64,000 nt of DNA from assembly GCA_964016885.1 (NCBI GenBank), contig OZ024740.1, forward strand, positions 84,506,001 through 84,570,000, read 5' to 3'. This DNA comes from Eledone cirrhosa. Its lineage: Eukaryota. A model generated the notes under the pieces. The model was not told where the DNA came from, did not search any database, and saw nothing but the letters and a program-made list of their open reading frames with translations. A program made the position numbers and the translations under genes. This document shows positions 11,213 through 29,900 of the stretch, one piece after another. Every line of letters starts with the position of its first letter. Position 1 is the stretch's first letter.

Positions 11213-14200
11213 AGTTAAATAGTTAATATAATGTCGGTAGAGAAGCACGCATGGTAAATAGATGAGGAGGGGACATAGATGAAATGGAAATATTTCATGA
11301 ATTATCTAATCCTGTGGTGAGCAATCGTTTTTAGAATCGGGTCTGATGGGTTGTGTTTTTACACTGTGTGGGCCAAGCTGAATAAGAAATTAAAACTTCC
11401 ATTTCTATGGAAACAGTTTGTTATTTAAAAAACCTTAATGTTTTCCTTTTTAAATGTTTAACGTAGAATAAAACTTGTTTTGAGCTTCAATAAAATAATT
11501 GTTTACAATAGTGAAACTAATTAGTTTAAAATCTCTCCTCAGAGAAAACTTCCATTTTCTTTCTTTTTTTATGTTGTTGCCAATTAAGGATATCAATTTT
11601 TTTTTTTTATTAATTTAAAACATTAATTCATTTAAATTCAATGCAAAAATGAGACCCCTTGCAATATTAGATTATATTGTTTGCTAAACAATATTGATAA
11701 AAAAAATTTGTTTTGAATGCAACGTCACATAATCAACAACATATGCAGGCTATAATGTGCTGACCCTCCGGTTAAATTTCTGTCTGTGTGTAAAGTATAA
11801 AATAGTAGCTAATATAGAAATACAAAGAATAATAACCAAACGAACAATCTAAGTTCAGAAAAAAAGAAGAACGTATCCAATTAAAGAAATTATATAATAT
11901 AGGTGTTCACAAAAGCAAACTACCATTAAAATCATTCTGACCTCTCAGTTTTTCAATTACGAACAGATGACAGGAATACGGTATCAAACTACATATCACT
12001 GCAGTGTAACAAATACATTTGGACAAAACTTATGATGGAAAGATTTCTGAATTCATTTTGAGGTGAATAAAACTTTTACCGGGTCATCAAAAAATATTTG
12101 CTTCCACTGTTTTCGATCTTATATTCTTTTTATTTTTATTGTTTTTATTTGTTGTACTTTTCCAAAGCATAAATTGGTGCGGGAAACTATACGGACTAAA
12201 TTCCCAAACGTAAAGGTAATATCATTGCAGAGTTCCAGAGCAAGCTCCCATGTTTTAAAGGTTACATGAACAAACTACAAGCGCAATGTTATGTGTGCAA
12301 TCCAGGAATAGGCATCTCTGTGATAAAGGTGGCAATAATTTACAAACACGTCAACGTGGAACGACAGGAAACATTTCAAATAGAGAGTTCATCAACGACA
12401 TTACACGTTCATTTTTCTGTTAAACCATTTAGGAAAACTGAAGGTGTCATCATTGCTGTAGAAATGAATTATGATAGATTGTAATTATTCACAATAATTT
12501 CACGTCCAAAAATTATCCATCCGCCTTCGTTAAAAAGATTTTTTCTAATACTAGAAACTTTTTCAATCCTGAAACAAAAACAGAAAGAATTGTTAATTCC
12601 GTGCTTTCGTGGCATGTTTTTATGCTGTTCTAAATGTTTGAAAAATATTAGATAGAATGTTGCGGAATCCACTATTGCACAATACAATTTTTCTATTTCT
12701 TGTAAATACCCAGGACGTTTACTAGAATAATTATGTTTTGCATTCACAATTTATTATATTAAAAGAGCACACCTAAGCCTAACAATTATTTTTAATTGTA
12801 TCCTGGTACTTTGCAGTTTATGTTTTTTATGATGTCGTTTTTGATTATCTTGGCTACTTCTGTTTGTATGGCATCGTTCAAATGGGCGGATGTTATGTTC
12901 ATTGATTTGAAATGTTTTGCATTTGATGTCTCTCACCCAACTTATAACCATTCCTCAGGATTTTCTACTTCTTGTGCTGTTGCTGCCGCATGGGTTTCTA
13001 TTATATTTTTACTGAGTGTTTGGTGAATTCATTGTGATAGATATGAAATTTAGGTTGTGATTTTTCATACCAACAGATTTTGCCATATTAGCGAGTATCT
13101 CTTGTAGTAACAGCATTGTTGTTGTTATTACTATTATTACTATTATTAATGCTGTTTCTACTATTATTATTATTATCAGTGATTTTGTTATTATTGTTGT
13201 TATTAGTTTTACCATCTGCTCTGATCGTAAACGTCATCGTTCTGTCAGCGTACACCGTGTTTCAAACACTTCGATGAAAGTTTCTCGCTAGAATTGTTTA
13301 AAAATTCCTCAGGGAAAGGGGGTTTAACAACTTTCACTTTTTCTCGAATTTTGAGTGGCAGTTATTTTCTCCATCATCTATAGCCAGCAAAGAAAGATTT
13401 TAATGTAAAATGTCAACAACTTTATCGCTTGAAGACAGAGCACTGGAAGACAACACTGACAGTCGTGGTAGCCATAGAGCTAAAATGAACGGCTATTTTA
13501 AAGATTTTGCTTGTCAAAATGAATAAGTGGCTATTTCCGAAAACTATTTGTCAGTGAATTGTAACAAATGAGTAGAGGTTAACTCCAACAACAATAGTAA
13601 CCTTATAATGCAACACTGCAGTGAATCGGAAAGCCGTACAGGTACAACAACAGTAATAAAAGCAACAGCATTTATAACAATCACATTGACAACAACAAAA
13701 AGAAATAATAAAAAATATAGTTAAAACTATTAAAACGTTAACATCCAAAAGATCACCACACGACAGAGCAGTAACAAAAAATACAAAGACAACAAAAATA
13801 GCTACATCAATAACAATGGCAAGATCTCAGAAAGCAACAGCAACGACGACAACAGCAATACAAACTATAAGACTGAGAAATGTAGCACTTTTGTAAGAGC
13901 CAACAGCACATGAGCCGAACTGGTCACTAGCTTTAATTTTCACTTATATTTGAACAAAGTTTTCATACATATTTGAGCACATATTTCACATATATTTGAT
14001 AGCATTTTAAGAATAAGAGCTGAGTCATTTGCTGTGGGATGTTGACGACGTGTTGCTTAAATATGAAAACGTCTGTCTGGATAAAAAGTGCTTGAAAGAC
14101 GTGTAGAGTGGCATTTGATACCCTACAAAAAGACAAGAGTAGCAATCGGGGGACGTCATATTATGAAGTGAGAATAAGACGAAAACGCACTCAAATAATC

Positions 14201-15252
14201 CATGTAAGTTATCGCTCAACGAACGAGACGGTTCATACCATGTTACTCACCGAGTGTACACAACATAGCTTTATCCACAAACTCTCGTCCTGAATCATGC
14301 AGTAGCATGACAAATCTATAAATGACGCTTGATGCAGAACTAACCGGAGACTTGTGTTTGTCTGTGAGGCTCCACTTCAATATTTCTAGCAGGATAGTTT
14401 CCTTTAAAAATCTGCTATCCTTAGCACCCTCACGACTGTGATACTATTTCATACGTTATTGGAGGTTGGCAGGGACAATCATTTTCCACAGACTTATCCG
14501 CAAGGCAGGGGCATATTTAATTTTGACGGATTCTCTAACCAAAACTAGTTTTTCTCTTCCAGTTGTCTTACACTTGGACACTAACACGAATCTTTCTATA
14601 CCCCTGCGCACTAATGCTAGAATACCGTTAAGTATGTGTTTGATTTTTAAGCTGTTTGGTATTGTAGAGTATTTATTAACCCTTCTCAGCAGGCTAGGTT
14701 GGTATAACGCCTGTTTAATCAGGTTATGTTGGTTTAAATGTTACCAGTAGCATTCACGAGTCAAAAAATCTAATATATGACTCACACAAGAAAACAAAAC
14801 CTTGGGTCATACATCACTGTAATGTACTTATTCAATATAGTTAGAGTTTCTGGACAATGCATTCTATGCATATCTCCAGAATTCGCCATTAGATATATTA
14901 AACAGTTAATAATTCAAATACTGACATATACACACCAGTGTCCATGCGAATTTTAAAATTCATCTATTATTCCTTATTCCATATATTTTAGTTCTATAGT
15001 TTTCTAGATTAACGTCTCTAATTCCCTGAATTCACGCAAAATGTATTATATGTTTGAATATGATTGGTATAATCAAAACGCAGTCATTAATTCCCCATTT
15101 TACGGTCTTACCATTCTAAGGTACATCATGTCAAGTTGAAACTGAATATTTTGAGTACATAAATATTGATTATGTGAAAGGAGAAAACCTAGGTGGTGGC
15201 TACATACCTGCATGTTGATTGGTTTCTTGTTTTATTTATTTATTTATTTATT

Positions 15253-15285
<33 letters not shown>

Positions 15286-15498
15286 AGAGAGAGAAACAAG
15301 TGGAATTGGAAACACCACGGAAAATGTATTTAAAGGATCTGTTTTTCTTTTTATATATATATATATAAATATAAACGGAAAAAATGAAACGAAATTTCAT
15401 TTCCCACTCTTAGTACGGCTGTTACTGAAGCCCAGCTGGTTGTGTGGTATGTCACAGGCTGGCCAGCATGGCTAGTATGGTTTCGATCTCTCGATAAG

Positions 15499-15594
<96 letters not shown>

Positions 15595-15718
15595 AGATTT
15601 GAATGGATACAGTTTAGTTGAAAGGAATTTATTGACACGTGTTTCTGTAACAGTTACATAACCTGAAAACACCAAAGGAATTGTAGTAAAAGCGGACAAA
15701 ACATCAAACCTGTATACT

Positions 15719-17656
15719 ATGGATTGCACTACATACAACAACTTCATTCGAAAAGAATTACATAAAAAATATAGAAAAACGAATGAAGTAACTCTTAAGC
15801 ACATCAATGATGAGGCATGCGAAATAGTGAAAAATCTCGGAATCGAAGATAGGACAGGACCACTCTTACCGGCGGTACCCACCTTCAATCTTAAGGACCA
15901 TAGGGTAAACTTTGATAATGACCCTAAAATTAGATTAATCTGCCCCTCCAAATCAAATATAGGTAAAATAAGCAAATATATCTTAGATAGAATCATCCCC
16001 CAAATTAGGGCTAAGGTTAACATTAAACTCTGGGGGAAGACCCAAGAAGCAATAAGATGGTTTAATAGCATTAGCAATAAGAATAAATCTAAGTTTATCC
16101 AGTTTGATATCGATGAATATTACTCATCGATATCACCTGAAACTTTGAATAGAGCCATTAAGTTTGCTAAGGATAACTCTGACCTTACAAACGATGAAAT
16201 TAAGATTATACTAGAAGCTAGGAAAACTATAGTCAAATTCGAGAACAGTTATTGGGTACGTAAAGATAGACCCTCTAACTTTGACATAACAATGGGCTCT
16301 AACGATTCGGCGGAAATAACTGATATTGTGGGGTTATTTATCGCCTTTAGACTCCAGGAAAAATTCAGCAATCTCCACGGCGGAATATACCGCGACGATG
16401 TTCTCCTCCTAGTTAAAAACCTAAGTAACCAAAAACTAGAAAAACTACGCAAAGATATAAGAAAACTACTACTCGAAATAGGACTAACTATAACATATGA
16501 ATACAACCTTAAAGTAGTTAACTTCCTGGATGTCACACTCAATTTAAACTCTGGATTGATTAAACCGTTTCATAAATTGAATGAAAATCTCAAATATGTA
16601 AATGTTGGATCTAACCACCCCATCTCTATAATTAAATCTATCCCTAAAAATATTTCCCTTAGAATCTCGGGTCTATCTTCTAACATACAAGTATTTAAGG
16701 AACACGCCGAGTACTACGATAACGCCCTTAGTAAAGCAGGCTACCTCAACAAAATAGAGTATATAGATGGGAACAATCAAAACACCCAAAATAAATCCCA
16801 CATAGGTAGATATAATAACACAACACCAAACCACACTTACTACCGTAGTATGCACACCAGTAAACCAACAAACAAAACTAATAGAAAGCGATGCAAAGAG
16901 TACTTATGGTATAACCCCGAATACAATAGTTCCATTAGTACAAATTTACCAGTACTCTTCTTTAAAATAATTAAGAGACATTTTCCTACATCACACAAAT
17001 ACCACAAAATCCTAAACCCAACCACTATAAGACTGTCATACTCTACAGCGTTAAACCTTGAACAACACATAAAAAAGATCAATACTAGAAGGTTAAACGA
17101 AAACACTAAGAACTTAAGTACAAAAAACACACAAAAAAAAGTAGACAATACACTACAGAACATAAATAAACCACACCTAAGTTCGTCCGCAATACTACTC
17201 CAGAGAAAACCCAACGTACACAACTGTAACTGCACCTATCCTGACAACTGCCCCCTCGGCAATAACTGCCTGGAAAAAAATATTATTTATAAGTGTACCA
17301 TTAAATCCGGAGGCAACGAGTGGTATTACGTGGGATCAACGGCAACATCGTTCAAATCTCGATTATATAGGCATTCTTACTCAATAAAACACCAGAGCCA
17401 AAGAAATGTAACAACTTTAGCAGAAAAAGCTTGGACGCTCAGGGATAGTGATAAAAAGTTTACTCTAAAATGGGAGAAATTAGCTAAAACCCAAAGCTTT
17501 TCCAGGGGCCAAAATTTCTGCAAATTATGTAATCTTGAGATTTATTACATAATCACACACAAGAAGAAATTGCTGAATAACAGAATTGAACGAACATTAT
17601 TCTGCCGTCACAGAACTAAAACCCTTTTTTCCCACTACAAGCCGAATATTACATAA
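15719..17656 (+). CDS. Naiad-type RT + GIY-YIG protein, 645 aa uninterrupted (true N-terminus lost; frame continues upstream through VVKADKT)
   Basis: RLICPSKSNIGKISK, QFDIDEYYSSI, FDITMGSNDSAE, YRDD, FLDV, CNC...CPL..NC..KNIIY...YVGST, CKLC, CRH. Confidence 0.9.
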   Translation: MDCTTYNNFIRKELHKKYRKTNEVTLKHINDEACEIVKNLGIEDRTGPLLPAVPTFNLKDHRVNFDNDPKIRLICPSKSNIGKISKYILDRIIPQIRAKVNIKLWGKTQEAIRWFNSISNKNKSKFIQFDIDEYYSSISPETLNRAIKFAKDNSDLTNDEIKIILEARKTIVKFENSYWVRKDRPSNFDITMGSNDSAEITDIVGLFIAFRLQEKFSNLHGGIYRDDVLLLVKNLSNQKLEKLRKDIRKLLLEIGLTITYEYNLKVVNFLDVTLNLNSGLIKPFHKLNENLKYVNVGSNHPISIIKSIPKNISLRISGLSSNIQVFKEHAEYYDNALSKAGYLNKIEYIDGNNQNTQNKSHIGRYNNTTPNHTYYRSMHTSKPTNKTNRKRCKEYLWYNPEYNSSISTNLPVLFFKIIKRHFPTSHKYHKILNPTTIRLSYSTALNLEQHIKKINTRRLNENTKNLSTKNTQKKVDNTLQNINKPHLSSSAILLQRKPNVHNCNCTYPDNCPLGNNCLEKNIIYKCTIKSGGNEWYYVGSTATSFKSRLYRHSYSIKHQSQRNVTTLAEKAWTLRDSDKKFTLKWEKLAKTQSFSRGQNFCKLCNLEIYYIITHKKKLLNNRIERTLFCRHRTKTLFSHYKPNIT

Positions 17657-18513
17657 AAGAGGGACATCCCCCCAACTATATAAACCTCATTCTAGTTAGA
17701 AAAATATAAAAACAATCTCTTCTCAACATATATTAATAACCTTAAATTACCACACTAATAATGGAAAGATATGCTGATGAAAATAGGTGCAAATATGCGA
17801 TAATGAATGTGTCTAAAAACGTCCATAAGTATGTATATATATGTGAAAATGTATATAAATAAGTAAATATATATATATGTTTGATGTGTATAGTAGGATG
17901 TAAGTGTATTCATGTATTAAAGTGCTTATATATATATATATATGTATATATATATGTGTGTATATATATATATATGTATAGATGTGTATGTATATGTATA
18001 TGTGTACACATAGACTAGAGTATGTATGTATATATGTGTGTGTCTATGCGTGTGTATATAAAGATAAGTTGAGTATGAAAATGTATACACATGAACGCGT
18101 ATGTATGTACATGAATACATGTGTGTATATATATATGTATGCATGTGTATATGTATGTAAGTATGAATATGTGAATGTGAGTATATGTATTTTGTAGAGG
18201 TGTGCAAATATATTTGTGTGTGAATGCGTGGGTGTAAGGATACGTACACTTGAAAGAAAAATTTAAGTCTGAATGTTAATTAAGTGCAAACACAAAACCA
18301 ACCACGCATATCTCTAATCCTTCTATAAATTTAGAAAAATAACCAATAATATATTCTATAAAAAGGTCAAAACAACAGATGGGAATCTAATTACTCACTG
18401 CCACCAAAAATTTCTCACTGCTATCAACAAACCACTCCCTCAACTATTCTTCTAACAACTTCACCCCTCCTTCCTAATATTCTCTATAAAAACCAAATAG
18501 GTCCTCAATAATA

Positions 18514-18635
18514 TTATTCTGATGAAATGACAGTAAATAATAACATTGAAATATTGAATGTCTGCATAACTAAAACTTTTGTAGATAGCAGCTGTTTTCA
18601 GGTTATGTAACTGTTACAGAAACACGTGTCAATAA
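18514..18635 (+). ncRNA. Hammerhead with ~93-nt stem II
   Basis: TTATT-CTGATGA-aa-TGACAGT...ACTGTTA-ca-GAAA-CACGTG-TC-AATAA. Confidence 0.75.
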
Positions 18636-18782
18636 ATTCCTTTCAACTAAACTGTATCCATTCAAATCTTTCTATTTTTCTCCGGATTACTTTTGGAACT
18701 ACAACTGGAACCGTCGAGCAAACTCTACGTGAGCTGTCAATCTACTGTGTGTAATATTTATATTACAATACAACGGAAAATA

Positions 18783-18853
<71 letters not shown>

Positions 18854-18911
18854 TATATATAAAGAAAAACAGATCCTTTAAATACATTTTCCGTGCTGTT
18901 TCCAATTCCAC

Positions 18912-19071
<160 letters not shown>

Positions 19072-19506
19072 ATAATAATAAATTTGAAGACTAAAATCCA
19101 AAGAGGGCTCGATAAGGATAAATATATATCAAATATATAAGAACCGTAGAGCAAATAGTTTCAGAAGATCCCGTTCAGGGTGAAAGCAGCGATTCTTTGC
19201 TTAAACTTTAATCTGTTATTTTAATAAATTAATATATATATATATATTATTCTAAATAAAACAAGAAACCAATCAACATGCAGGTATGTAGCCACCACCT
19301 AGGTTTTCTCCTTTCACATAATCAATATTTATGTACTCAAAATATTCAGTTTCAACTTGACATGATGTACCTTAGAATGGTAAGACCGTAAAATGGGGAA
19401 TTAATGACTGCGTTTTGAATATACCTATCATATTCAAACAGATAATACATTTTGCGTGAATTCAGGGAATTAGAGACTTTAATCTAGAAAATATATATAT
19501 ATATAT

Positions 19507-19868
19507 CCAGGGAGTGTAAATTGGAGTTACTTTAGGTTTACCCGGTTGAGCACTCGATGTTTAGGTTCACTTCAGTGTCGAGGTGTAGAGTTAGACAGAG
19601 TGTATTATAGTGAAATGAAATAACAAGAACGATTGGTTACTTCTTCATTACGTTTATTGGTTGGTTAAGTACGTTTCGCCACTGATCAGCTCAAGGTTCG
19701 ATCTGTATCGATCTATCCCATTGTAAGGGGCCTGACTAGCCGCGGATTACAGAGTCGGGCTAGATCGATACAGATCGAACCTTGAGCTGATCATTGGCGA
19801 AATGCGCGCAACCAACCAATAAACGTAACGAAGGAGTAACCGATCGTTCTTGTTATTTTATTTTACTA
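19507..19868. mobile_element. Fold-back pLTR remnant
   Basis: ~19613-19715 inverted to 19761-19868; GCGAAACGTA half-hammerhead; ACTC...GAGT tail hairpin. Confidence 0.65.
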
Positions 19869-19974
19869 TATATATGTGTGTCTGTGTCTGTGTGTTTGTT
19901 TTTGTAATGTGGTTTGTATGTGTGTGTGTGTTTTAGATTCTTTGTTTGACACAGGTCTTTTTTTGGTGGGTAAT

Positions 19975-20040
<66 letters not shown>

Positions 20041-20045
<5 letters not shown>

Positions 20046-20741
20046 TTAGCGAGAAACGCATTTCGGCGGATAGAAATTAGCGAAACGCTAATATTGTACA
20101 GACAAGCGCTCCATGGATATGAAGAAGAAGATACCAGAGCTATAAACATAAGTTAAAATGGCCATACACGCTGAGACGATGGTTAAGAAGCCATTAACCA
20201 CCATAGCCTAAAAGGCGAACAAGCTAAACGGGTCAAACAAAATGAGATATGATTGAAATATTCACCCGGACCCTCGGGGAAGATGGAATACTCCGAAATT
20301 GGGTTTCTGCAACACCTAAATCAATAATACTGTCTGCTTATAAAAAATAAGCTTTTGGTATAATGATCGAACAAGGCATCGCTTTCTCAGTGGGCTTTTG
20401 TTCTTCTTACGCCAAAATCTCGCAGGTTATGAAAGCATATGCGAGATTCTAAGGGGAGAAAACCCCTATTTTGGCCAGTGAATTAAGCATGTGTAGTTAT
20501 TGCAAAAATTTGCAAAAACTGCACAAAACGAATTAAGCTCTCTACCGAGTTGTTTTTAAAATAAACTTAAGCGATTAATCAGTCAATAGAATTAACTAAA
20601 AGTTTTAAAAAATTAATTAACTGGTTAATCGCTTGACTTGGGAGATTAATACAAATATAAATTTAGCGAGAACCGCATTTCGACGGGTAGAAATTATCGA
20701 AACGCAACTTCCATATTGTGCAGACAAGCGCTCCATGGATA

Positions 20742-20745
<4 letters not shown>
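20041..20745 (-). mobile_element. ORF-less tandem element, 617-bp unit (family of 54815-55608)
   Basis: 20041-20123 repeats at 20658-20745; colinear similarity to the reverse complement of 54815-55608. Confidence 0.8.
20264..20395 (-). ncRNA. Hammerhead homolog with C3.A8 mismatch (probably decayed)
   Basis: GCCCA-CTGAGAA-stem II-GAAACCC...GGGTC-CGGGT. Confidence 0.55.
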
Positions 20746-20799
<54 letters not shown>

Positions 20800-20805
<6 letters not shown>

Positions 20806-21280
20806 AATGAAATAATTCCGTCGGAAAAGTCCAGGAAAAAAGAGTGCTCTATGTGGGTAACAGAGCTTAATAGTTATGTAATAAACAACATAAGGCAATT
20901 ATTTCATTTACCAGTGGTTTCTTAAAAGCAAAAAAAATTTCCTTTCAATCATCAGAATGAAAAAATCCTGGTGTATTTATTGGCGTTGGATTTTAAAAAC
21001 AAAAATATAATCTATATGAAAGTGAGGTTGGAAAAGGAAGAAGGAAAGGAAAAATAAAAACACACATGCAAACACACACACACACAATTATATGCATACA
21101 CATATATATATATACATACACACATACATACACACACACATACACACACACACATATATATGTGTTTATATATACATACACATACATATACACATACATA
21201 CACACATAAATATCAACATATCCATACATACACATACATACAAATACACAAACGTGCATACACACACACACACATATACA

Positions 21281-21322
<42 letters not shown>

Positions 21323-21810
21323 AACATATATATACATACATACACACACATACATATATATACACACATACATACACATACATATACATACATATATACA
21401 TACACATACATACATACACACAATCATACGTATATACACACGTACATACATACTCATACATACACACATATATACACCCATACATACGCATGCACAAATA
21501 TAGAAATAAATATACACACCTACATACTCACACACACAAATAAATATAAGAAAAAATATATAATAATAAAAAAAATAAAAAAGAATATAAAGATTATTAT
21601 AGTGTTGACAGCGATACAGGCAACACATAAATGAACAAACACACGTGGTAAGCAATACACAGAAATGCACGTACACAAACATACGTAAAAATAAATACAT
21701 ACACACACTCTCACACATGCACATACATATACAAATACATAAACACATACATACACATACACGTATACATACACACACACATACATATACATATATACAC
21801 ACACATACGT

Positions 21811-21869
<59 letters not shown>

Positions 21870-22010
21870 TATACATACATACATATCCATACATACATAC
21901 ACATACATATACATACATATCACAAACACATACATGCAAATACAAACACACACATATATATGTGTGTAAAACTCATTCTTAGATAATTCATATGAACCTT
22001 GTTTAGCTCT
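20800..22010 (-). mobile_element. PLE 3'UTR/pLTR remnant with TG/TA-rich body
   Basis: Hammerhead 20902-20962, tail hairpin 20846-20866, microsatellite-like UTR as in the other Naiad copies. Confidence 0.6.
20902..20962 (-). ncRNA. Type I hammerhead ribozyme
   Basis: TTTCATT-CTGATGA-TTGAAAG...CTTTTAA-GAAACC-act-GGTA-AATGAAA. Confidence 0.85.
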
Positions 22011-22164
22011 AAAATATATATATATATATATATATGAAAAGTTATATTTAAATTGTTGGGTTACAACTAGTAAATATTTATAACTGATATAAAAGCACTC
22101 AACAAGTATTTGGAGTATATTTACGATATTAAATAAATGGAAACTATATTTATAAAACCATATT

Positions 22165-22230
22165 TATTTCATTATATATATTTCAGGGATATCATATTAA
22201 CAATATGTTATGCCTTCCTCAGACAAAATA
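22165..22230 (-). ncRNA. Hammerhead ribozyme (inverted twin at 25332-25397, plus)
   Basis: TATTTTGT-CTGAGGA-stem II-GAAA-TATATA-TA-ATGAAATA. Confidence 0.8.
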
Positions 22231-23585
22231 CAATATAGACAGTTTTATAGATAAATAGATTTGACATACCGTTCAACATCGACTTGTATTTGAGAAAGTT
22301 GATTTGGCAGTGAAAAGTTGTAAACAGAAAGAAAGAAAGAGAGAAAGAAGGAAAGAAAGAAAGAAAGAAAATGAAGAAAAAGAAGAAAAAGAAGAAATGC
22401 ATGTAACAAAATAGAGAGATGGAAAGATAGATAAAGAGAAGAACTTCATGTAAAGAAACAGAGAGAGATATATATATAGAGAGAGGAAATAGATAGAGAT
22501 AGATATATATAGAGAAAAGTAGGTAGTTGGAACGTATCAATGATACATTTATTTATTTATTTATTTATTTAGCTCTAGTATTAATGTAAGGGAGATATAT
22601 GTGGTTAGGGAAGAAACCAGCCGTTATATAGAGAGAAAAATGAAAAGTAACCAGACATAGGCGAGGCATAATTTAAAAACCCTATGTTTTAATGTGGAAG
22701 TATTAGTACGTATAAAAACCAGGCGCTATAATGTAAATATCAGTATTCCTGAATGAGACACGTATCCATAATGTGTGAAAAGTAATGATCTTATGTTTAG
22801 TTTTAAAAATTCATATGTTTATATGATAACTACAAACATCGATGTGAATTTATGTGATCAATTCTGCAAATCCCTATTTCACACGGAGAACATTCTCATT
22901 GTGCTATAAAAATTTAAGTATACATATATGTGTATATATATACACATATATATAGAGTCTATATTAATTTTAACAATACTATTCTTGTCTTTACTCTACA
23001 TGATTATCTATCAAGCAGAAATAGAGAACAGATTTCAATATATTAATAAAAATAAAAAAATATCAGAAACAAAAACAAAAAATAATAATGATAATAATAA
23101 TAATAAATAAATAATAAAATAGAAAGCTAAAAAATAAAAAATAAAAAATAAAAAATATTACAAAAAAATATTACATATTAAAAATAAAAATATTAGAAAA
23201 TATTACAATAATAAAAATAAACCACAAAGATCAACCCTTCAAAATTAATTGACAATATATTGCCAAGTTCATTATAAGCATCAGAGTCGAAAACAGATAA
23301 AGCTAAAAATTATAAAGCTAAAAATTATTTATCAAATCGCGTCTAGCAAAAATCATTTCAAAAAGTTTAGGATGCCCATTTGGTCTACATGTGTTCTTAT
23401 ATTTAATATAGAAGTTTATCTAGTGTAACGTTTATTCGAAATATTTGGAGCATCAACTTTTAGGGTAGTTTAATTTTTCATGAAGAATGTTTAAATAAAA
23501 ATAAAAATAAAAAGAAGAATAAAAAGAAGAAATCGAAAGATTTATCGGCTAGTTTCGCAAATAATTATAAAACAAACTAAATATA

Positions 23586-24521
23586 CTACATTTTAAATTT
23601 AAATTTATATTTAAAAGTTGAGTTTAATCTATGTTTGCAGCAACTGAATAAATTTGTCCGTAGATTAAGGGAATTTTTAGATTTTAGTATAAAGAATATC
23701 TCCTCTGCGCAGAGGTCACATGTCTCAGAGGATGAATTAAAAGGAATCCCTCTTGAGACTATATTCCAAGCCGTCGAATATCTAACGTTACCTAGCTTAA
23801 GTTGCCAGAGTACGCCTGATAGTGCTGTTGAAGATTTTTTGCTTGGATCTGTGAAAGAATTCTTGTGGTTATTATAGCGAAGTTTAAATTCCGTCGATGT
23901 GGAACCGACGTAGTTAAAAGAATTAGAGTCAGTTTTAACATTACAATTGTATATTATATTTTTAACTAAGCAGTTGTTATTTAACGGACATTTAGATCTA
24001 TCTCTACAGTTACATTTGTTAACTTGTATATTATTTATGCTATTATCACTAGGTTTTAAATTCCTATTATTTATTCTATTAATATTTTGTGCTAAATTTT
24101 TGGTGGATGAGTAGGTTAATTTTATAGTATGTCTATTGAAAATTGAGTGATACCTATGTGTTCTAGGGAAGCGAATATCAAGAGCTTTAAAAAATAGTTT
24201 AGCGATGTGGGTTTTAATGTTTAGTGAGAAAGGGGGGGCAAACCAAATTATGTTCCTAGTTCTATTTCTTTTTTGGCTTTTGGAATTATTGTAATGCTTT
24301 CTATTATATTTGTTAAGGTTGTTGCCGTAATTAAAATAGTTGTTATTTTGTTTAGTTTGTCTATCATTATCTATGTACATAATCTTATCACTATATCCTG
24401 CTCTAGCTAACGCTTCATTGTAGTACTGGGCTTTTTCGTCGAAAATCTTTCTATTAGACGAGATTCTAGAGATACGTTTTTGAACAGAGTTTACTATAGT
24501 GTTTTTGACAGATCTGGGGTG
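23586..24521 (-). pseudogene. C-terminal part (thumb, linker, GIY-YIG) of Naiad-type PLE protein
   Basis: HP..., IIWFAPPFS, CNCRDRSKCPLNNNC..KNIIY...YVGST, CDLC, CKH; the ORF-track N-terminus is non-coding inverted pLTR. Confidence 0.9.
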
Positions 24522-25161
24522 GATAATCATGTAGAGTAAAGACAAGAATAGTATTGTTAAAATTAATATAGACTCTATATATATGTGTATATATATACAC
24601 ATATATGTATACTTAAATTTTTATAGCACAATGTGAATGTTCTCCGTGTGAAATAGGGATTTGCAGAATTGATCACGTAAATTCACATCGATGTTTGTAG
24701 TTATCATATAAACATATGAATTTTTAAAACTAAACATAAGATCATTACTTTTCACACATTATGGATACGTGTCTCATTCAGGAATACTGATATTTACATT
24801 ATAGCGCCTGGTTTTTATACGTACTAATACTTCTACATTAAAACATAGGGTTTTTAAATTATGCCTCGCCTATGTCTGGTTACTTTTCATTTTTCTCTAT
24901 ATATAACGGCTAGTTTCTTCCCTAACCACATATATCTCCCTTACATTAATACTAGAGCTAAATAAATAAATAAATAAATAAATGTATCATTGATACGTTC
25001 CAACTACCTACTTTTCTCTATATATATCTATCTCTATCTATTTCCTCTCTCTATATATATATCTCTCTCTGTTTCTTTACATGAAGTTCTTCTCTTTATC
25101 TATCTTTCCATCTCTCTATTTTGTTACATGCATTTCTTCTTTTTCTTCTTTTTCTTCATTT

Positions 25162-25209
<48 letters not shown>

Positions 25210-25437
25210 TCCTTCTTTCTCTCTTTCTTTCTTTCTGTTTACAATTTTTCACTGCCAAATCAACTTTCTCAAATACAAGTCGATGTTGAACGGTATGTCA
25301 AATCTATTTATCTATAAAACTGTCTATATTGTATTTTGTCTGAGGAAGGCATAACATATTGTTAATATGATATCCCTGAAATATATATAATGAAATAAAT
25401 ATGGTTTTATAAATATAGTTTCCATTTATTTAATATC

Positions 25438-25512
<75 letters not shown>

Positions 25513-25880
25513 TACATATACATATATTACATATACATATATATATACACATATATACCTACACACACATATACATATACATACGTATGCATACATACAT
25601 ACACACATACACACACATATAATTATATATATATATATGAGAAAGAACATAAATATTATATATATAAAAAAACCTAAATATTGTATATATAAAAATAAAA
25701 ATAAAAATAAAAATAAAAATGAAAATAAAAAGTTGGGAATACGACAAATAATAAATAAAAAAATATATTTAGAAAAGGGTATAAATGTTTATAGCAGATT
25801 TAGAGCACTCAACAAGTTCCTGGAGCAAAAGATCAATGAAAATAAGCATTAAATCACTGTATGTAATTATGCATATATAT

Positions 25881-29900
<4,020 letters not shown>

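Larger units (their letters stand above)
15590..18786 (+). mobile_element. Naiad-type PLE, 5'-truncated, with inverted pLTR fragment at the 5' end
   Basis: 15590-15671 is the reverse complement of 18593-18674; TATA ~18485; hammerhead 18514-18635; (TA)n on both sides. Confidence 0.93.
22036..25440 (-). mobile_element. Naiad-type PLE, 5'-truncated, with ~900-bp inverted pLTR copy
   Basis: 22123-23008 is inverted to 24522-25440; GIY-YIG ORF lies between. Confidence 0.92.

Noticed and set aside
12060-13900. Possible ancient LINE ORF remnant (minus) with ACA-rich tracts
   Set aside because: Only vague motif resemblance, many stops, inconsistent motif order.
17776-17800. CTGATGA in the Naiad 3'UTR as hammerhead or SECIS (also 50924 and 55071)
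   Set aside because: No matching stem II/GAAA/NUH; the ORF has no in-frame UGA needing a SECIS.
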